The notes beneath the pieces are model-generated. The model worked only from the letters and a program-made list of their open reading frames with translations, was not told where the DNA came from and made no database searches. From Blepharisma stoltei ATCC 30299 (Eukaryota > Protista > Ciliophora), in the NCBI GenBank assembly GCA_965603825.1, contig CBFDEM010000037.1:248001-312000 (forward strand): 64,000 bases of DNA. The letters are read 5' to 3'. The position numbers and the translations under genes are program-made. Numbering within the stretch: the first letter of the stretch is position 1; every line of letters starts with the position of its first letter. Of the stretch, positions 1 to 12,596 are shown piece after piece.

Positions 1-719
1 CTTTGAGATAGCAACCCAGTGATGGGCTTCAGCCTAAATCCAGTTTTTTGTATTAAATATTCATTAATATCTTGTAGCTGTGGGATATTGTCCTCCCTAA
101 AACTGCAATGTTTTTTAAACTCTTCAACAGCTTGATTATATTCATCACATGCATACTGTTTATGCAGAGGGTCTAAAGCTCTATAAGCAGTTTGCCAGGT
201 CTCTATTTCTTGGTCAGTATAATGGACAACAGGTACTTTTGCATCACTAAGTTTATAGCCCATGGCGATTTTCGCTATTTCTGTTCTTCTTTGTCTATAA
301 ATTTCATCATTAAATCCTGGATGATCACTATCTAAATCGGCACCAGCAGCTAGGCAAGACTGGTCCAAATGGTCAAGGTCTTCGAATGATCTTGGGAACC
401 ATGGAACTTCTTTGCTTTTAACAATTTGTGTTTTAAAACCAAGTTTGTCTAGGTGCTTTAGTATCCTTTTCATCTTAGGGTCATCACTTAATTCGAAATC
501 AAGCTTAAAGTCATAGCCTTTTCGGAAGTCAATAATTTCTGCCGGGCGAGATTGAATGTGGGTAATATTGATGTTGTAAGCCGAAAAAGCTTCAAGAGCA
601 TCTTGAAGTCTGCCTGGTCCGTCGTTTTTAACAGTTAAAATCATTGATTTGAGGTGCTCCAAAGGCTCATGGTGAGATTTTAGCTTGGAGAAAAACCGGG
701 CTAAACGATAGCAGCTCAT
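1..719 (-). CDS. PAH: Phenylalanine-4-hydroxylase (aromatic amino acid hydroxylase), 5' part; continues beyond the left edge of the window
   Basis: Hand translation from ATG 719: ACT domain (NINITHIQSRP), then VPWFPR, GADLDSDHPGFND..YRQRR, DNIPQLQDI and TGFRLKPITGLLS. Not in the ORF track. Confidence 0.92.
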   Translation of the reverse strand, partial: MSCYRLARFFSKLKSHHEPLEHLKSMILTVKNDGPGRLQDALEAFSAYNINITHIQSRPAEIIDFRKGYDFKLDFELSDDPKMKRILKHLDKLGFKTQIVKSKEVPWFPRSFEDLDHLDQSCLAAGADLDSDHPGFNDEIYRQRRTEIAKIAMGYKLSDAKVPVVHYTDQEIETWQTAYRALDPLHKQYACDEYNQAVEEFKKHCSFREDNIPQLQDINEYLIQKTGFRLKPITGLLSQ

Positions 720-939
720 TTATAAACTATTGACTAATTTTAATGTGGATAAAATTGCGAATTAAATAATAGGATAATAATCATAAAACATTGAGAGAAT
801 AATTAATAAAAACCTTCGAAATGACTATTTGGTACTTAGGATTTCTTTGTTAATAAAATGAGCAGTAAATAAGCAGTTGAGAAAAAAACTGATAAAACAT
901 TAATTATACATAAATAAAATAGTTTACAGTAAACTCTCC

Positions 940-1467
940 ATGGAAGCTCCTCTCTCACAAAGCTGCAGGTCTTCTTCAAATTTATTTACCTTTGAGCCTA
1001 TTGATCTCATGCAAACTCAACACAGGATTGAGCATAGGCGAAAAAATTCTTATATCAGAATAAGCATAAAACAACAAAAGCCAACAAATTCAGTTGTAAA
1101 GAAGCAGCAATCTTCTATAAAATTAAAAGGCAAGCAGACTTTAACAAATGCTATGAGTTGTCGAAAACTGATTAGCTCTGATTGTCTAAGCAATAATTTT
1201 ACTCAAACATATAAGCCGCAATTATTGATTAAGAAAATTCCTTTAATTAATTCCAGGCAATTGACTGATAGAAAAAGCAATAAAATTCCAACTTATAGGA
1301 ATTCTTTGAAATTTAATTATGGCAGTCAATTCAATGAGTTTCAAAATTTTGAAGCTGAAGAAGCAAAATTAGAGATGCTTAAAATAGTTATTCAGTCGCC
1401 AAAAATTGAAAACACAGCTGAATCATCTTCTGATGAGGAAATTTATGAGCCAAAATATTCTTTATAA
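940..1467 (+). CDS. Hypothetical protein, 175 aa
   Basis: ATG-TAA ORF; no recognised motif. Confidence 0.65.
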   Translation: MEAPLSQSCRSSSNLFTFEPIDLMQTQHRIEHRRKNSYIRISIKQQKPTNSVVKKQQSSIKLKGKQTLTNAMSCRKLISSDCLSNNFTQTYKPQLLIKKIPLINSRQLTDRKSNKIPTYRNSLKFNYGSQFNEFQNFEAEEAKLEMLKIVIQSPKIENTAESSSDEEIYEPKYSL

Positions 1468-2001
1468 AACATTTTTTATGATCAGAATTTTAAGATTAAT
1501 ATATTTGGAGTGATCTTACTTTATAAGTATATGCTGCATTTTAATATTATTTAATATATAAGTTAGAAGATTGATTAAACATATCACTCAACAAATTTAT
1601 TTTATTTTTAGTAACCTTAAAATCGTGAATTCTATATATCTATTTTTTATTAAATTAAATTTTATTTTGGATAGAGCGATTGCTATTTATATCGTAAAAC
1701 TAAAATTTATTTAGAATTTTTGAGTTTCTGATTTTATTATTTCAATATTTTAAATTTAATAATTCCAAAATCAGTTTGTATAAAAATTGTTGAAGAATTA
1801 AATAAAAAGAGAATAGTCTAATTATTTTTAGATTTAAGGTTTAATGTCTTCCAAATATCATTTAAATGTGTTTATCAGCAGATTATAATTATAATAAGTC
1901 TAATTTTTTTTTCTAATTTAATAACTAATATTTATCTCTTTATATTATTATGACTCCTATTTTTTAATCATTTTAGCCATATTTTGTTTAATTTTTATAA
2001 A

Positions 2002-2970
2002 ATGTTTTTTCGAATCAGACCATTTTTTATGCCTAATCTATTACTGACAGCTAGGCCATTCTCTCAAAGAAATCCGTTTGACCCTGAAGCCATTGCCCCT
2101 TCTATTCCTGAAGATCAGCCAAATGATCCTATTTACTTCGAAAAAGGTGACACCAGAGAAATAGGAAAAAAATTATCCGCAAAAATATATAAGAAAATTG
2201 CTGTTATGACAGGCTCAGGAATTTCTGTTAAGGCAGGAATTCATGATTTTCGAACTCCTACAACAGGACTTTATGCTCAAATCGAAGATCCTGATTTACC
2301 TTTCCCAGAAGCTATATTTGATCTAAACTATTTCAAGCTTGACCCCGAGCCCTTTTACAGGATAAGCCCTAATTTGATCACAACAAACAAAATTCCTACC
2401 CTTACTCATTATTTTTTGAAATTATTAGAAGATCAAGGAATTTTACTTATGTGTTATACTCAAAATATTGATAGTTTAGAAAAAAAAGCTGGTCTTTCCT
2501 CTAAAAAGCTAGTTCAAGCTCATGGAAACGTTGATCACTCCCATTGTACTTCATGCAAAAAAGATTATCCAATTTCTGAATTAAGGCAGCATATGCTTTC
2601 TAAACAGCCTGCATTTTGTGAATGTGGTGGAACTATTAAGCCTGACATTGTATTTTTTGGAGAAAAATTGCCTCAAGAATTTCACTCTAAATCAGAATTA
2701 ATTTTATATGCAGATTTGCTATTAATTATAGGGACAAGTTTAACGGCTTATCCATTTGCATCATTAGCTCAGATGGTTAGCCCTAATACTCCTCGAATAG
2801 TTATTAATAAAGGAGGCTATAATGCTTTTGCACAGAATGGGTTCAAATTCGATTCTGAAATGAAAAGAGATATTTTCTTTGATGGAGATTGCGATGAAAT
2901 AATTAGTGATATAGTAAAAGACACTCAATGGGATGACAGCTTGAAGAAGCTTGTAGAAAGGAAAAATTAG
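2002..2970 (+). CDS. NAD-dependent deacetylase, class I sirtuin (SIRT2/SIRT3-like), possible mitochondrial presequence
   Basis: Motifs MTGSGIS, DFR, YTQNIDSLE, QAHG, CxxC/CxC zinc site, KPDIVFFGE, IGTSL..YPFA; first ATG at 2002 (MFFRIRPFF...). Confidence 0.93.
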   Translation: MFFRIRPFFMPNLLLTARPFSQRNPFDPEAIAPSIPEDQPNDPIYFEKGDTREIGKKLSAKIYKKIAVMTGSGISVKAGIHDFRTPTTGLYAQIEDPDLPFPEAIFDLNYFKLDPEPFYRISPNLITTNKIPTLTHYFLKLLEDQGILLMCYTQNIDSLEKKAGLSSKKLVQAHGNVDHSHCTSCKKDYPISELRQHMLSKQPAFCECGGTIKPDIVFFGEKLPQEFHSKSELILYADLLLIIGTSLTAYPFASLAQMVSPNTPRIVINKGGYNAFAQNGFKFDSEMKRDIFFDGDCDEIISDIVKDTQWDDSLKKLVERKN

Positions 2971-3627
2971 AAATACTGATAAGGCTATTTTATAAATATT
3001 TTTGTAAATTTTTTTAGGCAGGGCAAATCAAAAATAAAATTATAAGTAAAGATATTGATTTATTTTTATGAGCTAAATGTGATCGAATTTAATACAATTT
3101 ATTTGCGAATAAAAATAAATATTCCGCAAAACTGGCAGTGATAAAAAATATAAAAAATCTATCAGAGAACCCCTAAAATTATAAGTGATAAGCTATATTT
3201 AACTCGGCTTAGTATAATATAAAATTATTTCACATAATAAGAATAATTAATATATTTTCATTTCTTTGGGAATAAAATCAGGTGTAATTTCATTGATATT
3301 CCTTTTTTGACATATCTAGTGTATTTTCATAGTAAATTTATTATAATAATAGCCTGAGCATATCCAAAAAGAAGCTGAATCCAATATTTCTGAGATTTCA
3401 AAGTCTGATTATTCATAAACTAAAATTAAAATTTCAGCAGCTTTAATTTCCCTAAACTTTTTAATGTTACACATATCTTGTATAGAAACAGAGATATTTT
3501 TAAGATTTTGACATACTTAGAGAAAAAAGCGAAAATGCTACCTTTAAATCTAGCCTTCATGTCTAATATTATAGCAAACAAAATAATTTTCATTTAATGA
3601 TATAACTTAAAATCTAATATAATTAAA

Positions 3628-4527
3628 ATGATGCATGATTTGGGAAAGTAAATAATATTCAGTCGAAAACTCTTCGTAGGAGGACTTGCTCCACAAACAA
3701 CTCGAGAAAAAATGATCGAGCATTTTCAAAGATATGGCCCAGTTCAAGACTGCATCTTAATGATTGACCGAGCTACTGGAAGATCACGATGCTTTGGATT
3801 CATAACAATGCATAGCAGTCAATCAGCTGATATGATCCTAGTTGAGGACCAAATTATTGATGGAAAAAAAGTTGACTGCAAGTTAGCAGTCCCGAGAGAA
3901 CAAAATGCGCCGCCTCCAGTCCCAGACAATTTATCATCTCAAAGAACCAAAAAAATGTTTGTTGGAGGTCTTCCACCAGACGTGACAGAAGACATTTTCA
4001 GAGCTTTTTTCCAACAATTTGGACCAATTGAAGACAGTGTTGTTATGTTTGATAGGGAAACTGGAAGTCCAAGAGGTTTTGGCTTCATCACTTTTATAAG
4101 TGAAGATAGTGTTGAGAGAGTCCTAGAAAATTATGAACATAATTATATTAATGGGAAATGAATTGAATGCAAAAAAGCTACGCCAAGATACAATCAGCCA
4201 GATGAAAGATATAAAATGCAATTCATGCCGTATCCAGGCGCAATGCCATATATGATGTATCCTCCTCAGCAACAGTTTTATAATCAAGCTTATAGTGATT
4301 ATCCAAGCCTTTATGATCCTTATATAAACCAGCAAGTTCAAAATGAGAAGCCAGCTGATTCTTCTCCAAGTTTAATTGTTCAGCCTCAACAAAATGATGA
4401 AGCAAAAGATGAGCACATGAAACAGAAATTAATTGAAGATTTGCTTGGAGAAGCAAAAGAAAGCTCCAAGAAAAACAAAATGTAATTGATAGGTAGTGAC
4501 AAAAGCAGAGGGAAAATTTTTAATTAA
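3628..4527 (+). CDS. Two-RRM RNA-binding protein (Musashi/DAZAP1/hnRNP A/B type)
   Basis: ATG 3628; 15-nt intron 3648-3662 restores RKLFVGGL; RNP1 RCFGFITM and RGFGFITF; TGA 4159 = W in GKWIECKKA. A probable second intron at 4482-4496 moves the stop to 4527 (otherwise 4485). Confidence 0.88.
3648..3662 (+). other. 15-nt spliceosomal intron
   Basis: GTAAATAATATTCAG; removes an in-frame TAA between the ATG and RNP2. Confidence 0.88.
4482..4496 (+). other. Probable 15-nt intron
   Basis: GTAATTGATAGGTAG, A at position 10; no homology support downstream. Confidence 0.55.
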
Positions 4528-4551
4528 TGCCCAGATATTATTTTATTTCCT

Positions 4552-5571
4552 TTAATAATCCCCTTCATCTGACTCCAAATCATCTGAATAATTTTCTGAC
4601 TCAAATTCAGCTGAATATTCATTATAGTTTAGATCTCCAGGCTTCTCATTTGCTTGATAATCCTTTATAGAGCCATCATAATGACTTGAATATTCACTAT
4701 CCCTACTTATCCCTGATTTATTTGTGGACAAATTATTTTTCTTATTGGGTGAATATGCCAGCAATAGTGGAGTTGCCGATTTTTTTACCTCTTGAGACTG
4801 ATTAGTGTTAACTTTTACCTTTTTGGCTGATCTCTGCAAAAACTTTTGAAATTCTTTTTGAAAATCTTCTTGTTTTTCTTTCTTTTTCCTTTCTTCTTCT
4901 TGCTTTTTCTTTGCTTCCTCAATCCTTTTTTTGACTTTTTCTTTTTGTTTTTCTTGCTCCTTCCTAAGATTTTCTTTAAACCACTCTAAATATTCTTTTT
5001 CAACTAACTCTTTTTTTTCTTTTTCTTCTTGCTCTTTATTTAGTTTTTCTAATTCTTGTTGTCGTTTCTTTTCTATTTCTTCTCTTCTTTTTTTTCTTTT
5101 TCAATTATTATAAGAAGATTGAGAAATTATTTTATTTTCTTCTTTTTCTTGGTTTTGTTTTAATTTCTCTTCTTCGATTTTTTGGCTAAAAGCATCTTGC
5201 AGCTGCTTTTTTAAGGAAAATTCTTCTTCTTTTTGCTGCTTTCAGTCATCGTAGTTTTTAAACAATTTTTCTTTATTTTCTCGATCGATTGATTTGGATC
5301 GCTGCTCTTTTCTGATTATTTTATCAATTTTATAGTTGAATTCGAAGTTCATTTCATTGCTAGATCTTGGGTCTTGATGAGATTTTAAGGCTCGCAAATA
5401 TTCTTCAGATATAACTTTGGAGTGATTTTCTTGTTTTTTTAGATCCTGAATAATTTTTACGATTTTGCAAATAGATATTCTGGGGTTATTTCTTATTAGT
5501 GGTGATGAAGTGACTTTGGGTTCATGAGATTCGTATCTGTTTAGAAGCTACCTTGACTTATCATATTCCAT
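4552..5571 (-). CDS. Lys/Glu-rich coiled-coil protein
   Basis: ATG 5571, 15-nt intron 5537-5551, TGA read as W (YDDWKQ), in frame to TAA 4552. Confidence 0.8.
5537..5551 (-). other. 15-nt intron
   Basis: GTAGCTTCTAAACAG; removes an in-frame TAG. Confidence 0.82.
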
Positions 5572-5968
5572 TTAACGATTTAAATTATAATAATAAAATT
5601 TACAACTTTTCAAGATATACAGGAATCTTTCTAATGTAAATTATTTTTATATTGAAAAAAATTAAATTAATTACATAAAATGCATCTGCAAGCTTTATAT
5701 TAATTACTATAATAGTTTCTAGTTTATTAAATATGATTCGCAGATTATTAAAGATATGGTAGAAGCATAAATAATTTTTGCTAGCCTAATAAATAATAGA
5801 AAATAAATAAAAATAAGCTTTTAAAATAATGAAACTGTGAATAAAATTGATATTTTTCGTACAATTTTATCAAATTTTCTATAGCAAATTTCTAAATAAA
5901 TTTTCTAGAAAATCCAACTTAGTTGACTATATTTCAATTAAAAATATGAGTTAATATAATTAATAAAA

Positions 5969-6712
5969 ATGAATATCGAGAGGCCGGAAACATTGGAACG
6001 TGACGAGCTAATTTATCTCTCCCGCCTCGCCGAGCAATCAGAACGTTACGAAGAAATGATTGGCTACGTTAAAGCTTTTGTCAAAAAGTCCACCCAAGAC
6101 TTAACAGTTGACGAAAGAAACATCCTTTCAGTAGCTTATAAAAATGTGGTAGGAGCCCGCAGGACTTCTTATAGAGTCTTGAATTCAATTGAGCACAAAG
6201 AAGAGAGACGAGGGAATGCTGCGCACAAAGCTTCAGCAGAGTCATATCGTAATGAAGTTGAAGCTGAGCTCAGACGCAATTGTGATGATATTCTCAATCT
6301 GATTGATACTGACCTTATTCCTAAGGCTGCAAATTCGGAGGCTCGAGTGTTCTATTACAAAATGAAAGGCGACTATTACCGCTATATGTGCGAATTTTCT
6401 CAAGGAGCTGCCAAAAGTGGCCCTGCATCTAAAGCTGAGGAGGCTTATTTGGAAGCATTTGAGTTAGCGAAAAATGAGCTGCAGCCAACTCACCCAACTA
6501 GATTAGGATTGGCATTGAATTTCTCAGTGTTTTATTATGAAATTAAGCAGGAGCAAGGAAAAGCTTGTGATATGGCTAAAACTGCGTTTGACGAAGCAAT
6601 TCCTGAGCTAGATAACATTTCAGAAGAAAACTATAAGGACGCAACTTTGATAATGCAGTTACTGAGAGACAATCATACACTATGGACTTCTGGAGAAGCA
6701 GAAAAAGATTAA
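5969..6712 (+). CDS. 14-3-3 protein
   Basis: LAEQSERYEEM, ERNILSVAYKNVVGARR, KMKGDYYRY, PTHPTRLGLALNFSVFYYEI, LIMQLLRDN. Confidence 0.98.
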   Translation: MNIERPETLERDELIYLSRLAEQSERYEEMIGYVKAFVKKSTQDLTVDERNILSVAYKNVVGARRTSYRVLNSIEHKEERRGNAAHKASAESYRNEVEAELRRNCDDILNLIDTDLIPKAANSEARVFYYKMKGDYYRYMCEFSQGAAKSGPASKAEEAYLEAFELAKNELQPTHPTRLGLALNFSVFYYEIKQEQGKACDMAKTAFDEAIPELDNISEENYKDATLIMQLLRDNHTLWTSGEAEKD

Positions 6713-6926
6713 ATTTAAAGTAGATAATTTAGAAAATTGATAAAATTTTTATATTAATGTTCTCATTTACAAATCCAATTTATGCTATTGAAATCCCCAA
6801 TTTTAAAGCAATACGCAAAATTAATTTTCTTAAAACAGAAAATATTTGATAAGAATGACAAATAATTATCCAATTTCCCATCATTTCATAAAAAATCTAA
6901 CTTTTTTTGAGTAAATTATTTATGTG

Positions 6927-7274
6927 TTACTCGCTTTCTACTTTCTCTGGTCTAAGCCCTTCGAAGGAGTCTACAGGTAAGTATCTAACCAAGGTGTAAA
7001 GTTCTTCTCCAGCGGTTTCTTCTTCAGTTCTTTTTCTTTCCATTCTGACTCTGACTCTGAAAGGTACATGTTTGATACCTCTTGACCATAAAAAGTTGTT
7101 AAGGTGGTAGTCAATTCTGACATCTTTAGTCTTCATTACTCTTTGAGCGAAGTCTTTGATGATTCTTATTGACTTAGGAGCACGCTTTTTGAGATTGGTG
7201 TGGTGGAGACGCTTGTGGAGATGAATGGTGTAATCTCTAGTCACTGGCTCTAATTCTTTAGTTTCCTTAACCAT
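6927..7274 (-). CDS. RPL31: 60S ribosomal protein L31 (eL31)
   Basis: VTRDYTIHLHKRLH, KKRAPK, DVRID..LN..LWSRGI..VPFRVRV. Confidence 0.96.
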   Translation of the reverse strand: MVKETKELEPVTRDYTIHLHKRLHHTNLKKRAPKSIRIIKDFAQRVMKTKDVRIDYHLNNFLWSRGIKHVPFRVRVRMERKRTEEETAGEELYTLVRYLPVDSFEGLRPEKVESE

Positions 7275-7543
7275 ATTTAATAGTGCAAGATAAATCGAGC
7301 TAAGATGATATGCAGATTAGATAATTTGAAAAGTAAGTAGATCTTTAATATAGAAATAGCTTACTTTATATTGTAAATCTTTATATTATAAAATTAAGGC
7401 ATAAATTGTATTTACCTGATAATTTTGTTCTACTCTGAATAAAGATTAGCTTAATTCCATAAAGATTATAAAATTATCGAATTTTGAATTAATTATACAA
7501 AAATTATGCACTACTAATTTATTAGTTCACTATTGGCAAATAA

Positions 7544-8626
7544 ATGGGATGCAGCTGCAAATGCCAATGTGGAAGTAAATCAGACGACCCTGCACTAGAA
7601 ATTTCACAAATAACTATTAAAGTAACCCTCACATAGGTTCTCGAAGATGATCAATACTCTCTAATTTCTAAAAAACCCACAAATTATGCGCGATCTCAAA
7701 AAATTGACTCCACAATGCAATCCGACTCAAAGTTTTTTTCCTCTCCTGATCTCTCTGAAAATCGCAATCAATTTGACGCTATGACTTTTCACCAAGCTTC
7801 CAACGATCTTTCTGAACAAATTAACTATCAATTTTCTGAAAACAATCCATATAATCAGATTTCTGCGCAAACTATTTCAGATATTTCTCAAGAAAACTCA
7901 TATCAAGCTTCTAAAAAAACGCCTTATCAATTATCTGAACAAGTTTCTTATGATATTTCTGAACAAATTCCTTATGAGCAAGCTATAAAATCTATATCAA
8001 AATTCCCTGCTTCCTTTGTAACGTTATGAAGCTCAGATGATTTTTTATTAGAAGGAGAGTTGATGAGGTATCGCCCAGGAATTTCTCGCCAATTTGTAGC
8101 TCGATGATGTCAAGTGACAAATTTTGAGTTTATGTACTTCAAAAACCAATACTCAGCCCAATGCTGGTTTGACAAGCCTTTATGCCTAGTTCCGCTTTCT
8201 GAGATAAAAAATGTAAAAAGAGCGAAATTCAAAGTTCCGGAAAAGCAGCAAAAATTTAATAAATCCAATAACTTGTACCAATTCGAGATCTTTTTGAATG
8301 AAGAAGACCAAATGACAGAATTATCGAGGCATGCAGATGAAAGTCCAATCAGTCAAGTTTTGATGCTAAAAGCAAGCGTTAACGACTTAAAACAAAGTGT
8401 AGAAAATGGAAAACTTATGAAAAGGCCTGTTAGAAGTGAATCCCCAGAAAAACAAGAAAAGAAAGGAAACTCTAAGAAGGGCCAAGGCTATGAAAGAATA
8501 TCTTGGAGCACAAGAGAAATTGAATGATTTACTGCAGAGAGAAGATTACTTTTTAGTGCTCAGGACGAAGCCTCTTGTTTATTGTGGATAAGCACCATCC
8601 AAAATGCTATAAAAAATCTTAAATAA
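7544..8626 (+). CDS. PH-domain protein with N-terminal MGC acylation motif and a short S/Q/Y-rich repeat linker
   Basis: ATG 7544 (MGCSCKC); intron 7622-7636; TGA=W at 8027, 8105 and 8525 joins the track ORFs; PH-like LEGELMRYRPG..FVARWC..FMYFK and C-terminal LFSA....LWISTI. Confidence 0.8.
7622..7636 (+). other. 15-nt intron
   Basis: GTAACCCTCACATAG, phase 0. Confidence 0.82.
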
Positions 8627-8963
8627 TTTTTTACTTTCCCTAAACTGGAATGAAGATTTTGATAATTTTGTAGGCTTTGCAAAAATTAGTAAATACCAGT
8701 TTAAAGGATAAGCCATCGATTTCTTTGCAATTTTTCCATTCTTTTCTTGCCGAAATAAAGTAATCTGCGATTTAGATATAAAATTCAGCTAAAAATAATG
8801 ATAGTCTATCTGATTTTAAGCAAAAAATATCATTAACTGTAATAAAATATTAATTTTTCGATTTTTTTAATAATTAAAAATAAAAAATTCTTTCTTCTAA
8901 ATTTGCTAATTTATATATATTAAATATATTCAAATAATTTAATTACTTTGCCATTTAGAACAC

Positions 8964-10016
8964 TTATGCTCTTTCCGCAACAGGTTCAAGTGCATTGTAA
9001 AGTTTTTCAACTGCGCTTATCGAGCTTGGCTCTGCGTTTAGATCAAAGTTATGCTCTAAGCACAAGCAAAGCCTATCCAAAAGTGTCATCTGTTTAAAGT
9101 TTTCCTTAAGATCTGATAAGATCCTCACATGCTTTGCTAAACATTCCGCTATTTTATTCATGAGTGTTCTCAACTCTCCGTTTAAATAGTGCTTCAGTTC
9201 GACTACGAGTGTTATGATTCTATCATCATTTATGCCGATATCCATCGCTAGCCTATCTTTGAGTATTTTTTCATCGTCATATTTTTTTATGTATTGCTCG
9301 ATCAGGCCCAAGTATTTTTTCATCATTTCAAATTCCTCTGCCCAAATATTTTTTTGCTTTATCAAATTTGCTTCTAAAGTGGCAATTAATGTATAATTGT
9401 AGTCAGCTCTTTTGATGGCTTCGTCAGAGTCTACATCAAAACAGTCATGTTTTGTGTGCTCAAACATGCAGCGGCCGCATATTAACTTACTGCAATCACG
9501 ACAGTAACCAATTAATATCAGTCTGTGCTTTGAGCAGCGCTGTGGAGCTTCATCAATGTCCATGATTAGGGCAAAATTAACTGGTAAAAAATCGATCAAC
9601 GAAAAAAATTCTTTGTTATCGAACGGGCACAGCCCTCGTCCTGGAGTAATTAAACAGTTTTTCAAACAATTATTACAAAAAGTATGGCCGCATGGGAGGC
9701 ATATAGGGAGCTTATCTTTTGCCTCATATAGCTGTGAGCACTTGGGGCAAGTTTGAAATGGACAGGGTGTCCTTTTCAGAACAGGGTAGGTCCATGAAAG
9801 CTGCTCTAGTTGGTCAAGGAAAATGTTTCCTTTTTCTATATCGCTCGCAATTCCTATCGTAGCTGCCTCGAACAGCTTGTATTTTGGATCAGAATTATTG
9901 TCCCCAACGACCAGAATTTCCTTTTTTGATGCCTTTTCAGGAATTTTAGGCACTTTTTTCTTGAGAGTCCTGACAGGCCTTCTAGTTGTATTCGGGTTTG
10001 TATGGTGTTTTACCAT
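8964..10016 (-). CDS. RING + B-box + coiled-coil (TRIM-like) E3 ligase
   Basis: CPKC..LPCGHTFCNNC..CPFD RING; CSKH..YCRDCSKLICGRC..HTKH B-box. Confidence 0.85.
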   Translation of the reverse strand: MVKHHTNPNTTRRPVRTLKKKVPKIPEKASKKEILVVGDNNSDPKYKLFEAATIGIASDIEKGNIFLDQLEQLSWTYPVLKRTPCPFQTCPKCSQLYEAKDKLPICLPCGHTFCNNCLKNCLITPGRGLCPFDNKEFFSLIDFLPVNFALIMDIDEAPQRCSKHRLILIGYCRDCSKLICGRCMFEHTKHDCFDVDSDEAIKRADYNYTLIATLEANLIKQKNIWAEEFEMMKKYLGLIEQYIKKYDDEKILKDRLAMDIGINDDRIITLVVELKHYLNGELRTLMNKIAECLAKHVRILSDLKENFKQMTLLDRLCLCLEHNFDLNAEPSSISAVEKLYNALEPVAERA

Positions 10017-10783
10017 TGTGTCGCTAATTAATAATTATATGAATCCATCAAAAATTAATTGTTCTCAATGTTGAAAGAAATAATCATTTTTTGTTTAAAT
10101 AAGTCATGTAGTTTATAGATAGATTTTGGCAATTAACTTAGCTGTATTTCATATGTTCTTAGATGGTTCTAGAAGTCTGTTTGGTTACAAAAAATGGAGT
10201 ATAAAGCTTATAACAATTGTGCATTGATATAAGAAAATTAAAAAATGAGCCCATTTTCAGCTTTAAATTGAAATTATTTGTCTGTAGAGAATAGATTTAT
10301 AAAATTTGATCAATTCTAATTATTTAGCCTTGATCAGATTTTGAAATGAATCTATTAGAGTTATCAGAGCTATATTTTCAGAATTCTCAAGAAATTCTCA
10401 TTATTAAATATGGTTGCTAATCGATCAAAATGCATATACATATTTGACAAATATAATTTAATTTTGAAAGCTTCCATAATTTTTGTCAAAATGAAAATTT
10501 GCAATTATTCGCAAGTGCTAAAAATCAGCTTTTTCAGTAGTTTTTTTTAATTTCTAAATTTAAAGATTTGTCTATACACTCTTTGAAACAATATTTTGGA
10601 TATGCTACTTAACACGATTAATTAGCAAACTTTAAACTTTTCCGATGAGCATCATCAGAATTTCCATTTTTTTTGCAATTTAATTTAAATTAAAATCAGG
10701 CATAAACCAGCGAAATTATCAATTATCAAGCTCCTCTTCCTTCCTAAATTTATTTCTTTTAACCTATATCGCTTAATTTAAAA

Positions 10784-12369
<1,586 letters not shown>

Positions 12370-12596
12370 AATATATTTAGCTTAAAGACTGGGTCTCAAA
12401 ATCAAGCTTTAAGCAAGCTTCTAAAACAATAATTTTGTGAAAAAAATTAATATAACAGAAAATTTAATCACACTTAATCCATGAAAATTATTAAATACGA
12501 CAATTTTTTATTTGCTAAATAAATCTTAATATTATTTATCAGGCTAATTTAAAACATAAAATAAGCGAACCAATAAAAACGGATTTAAAGAAATAA

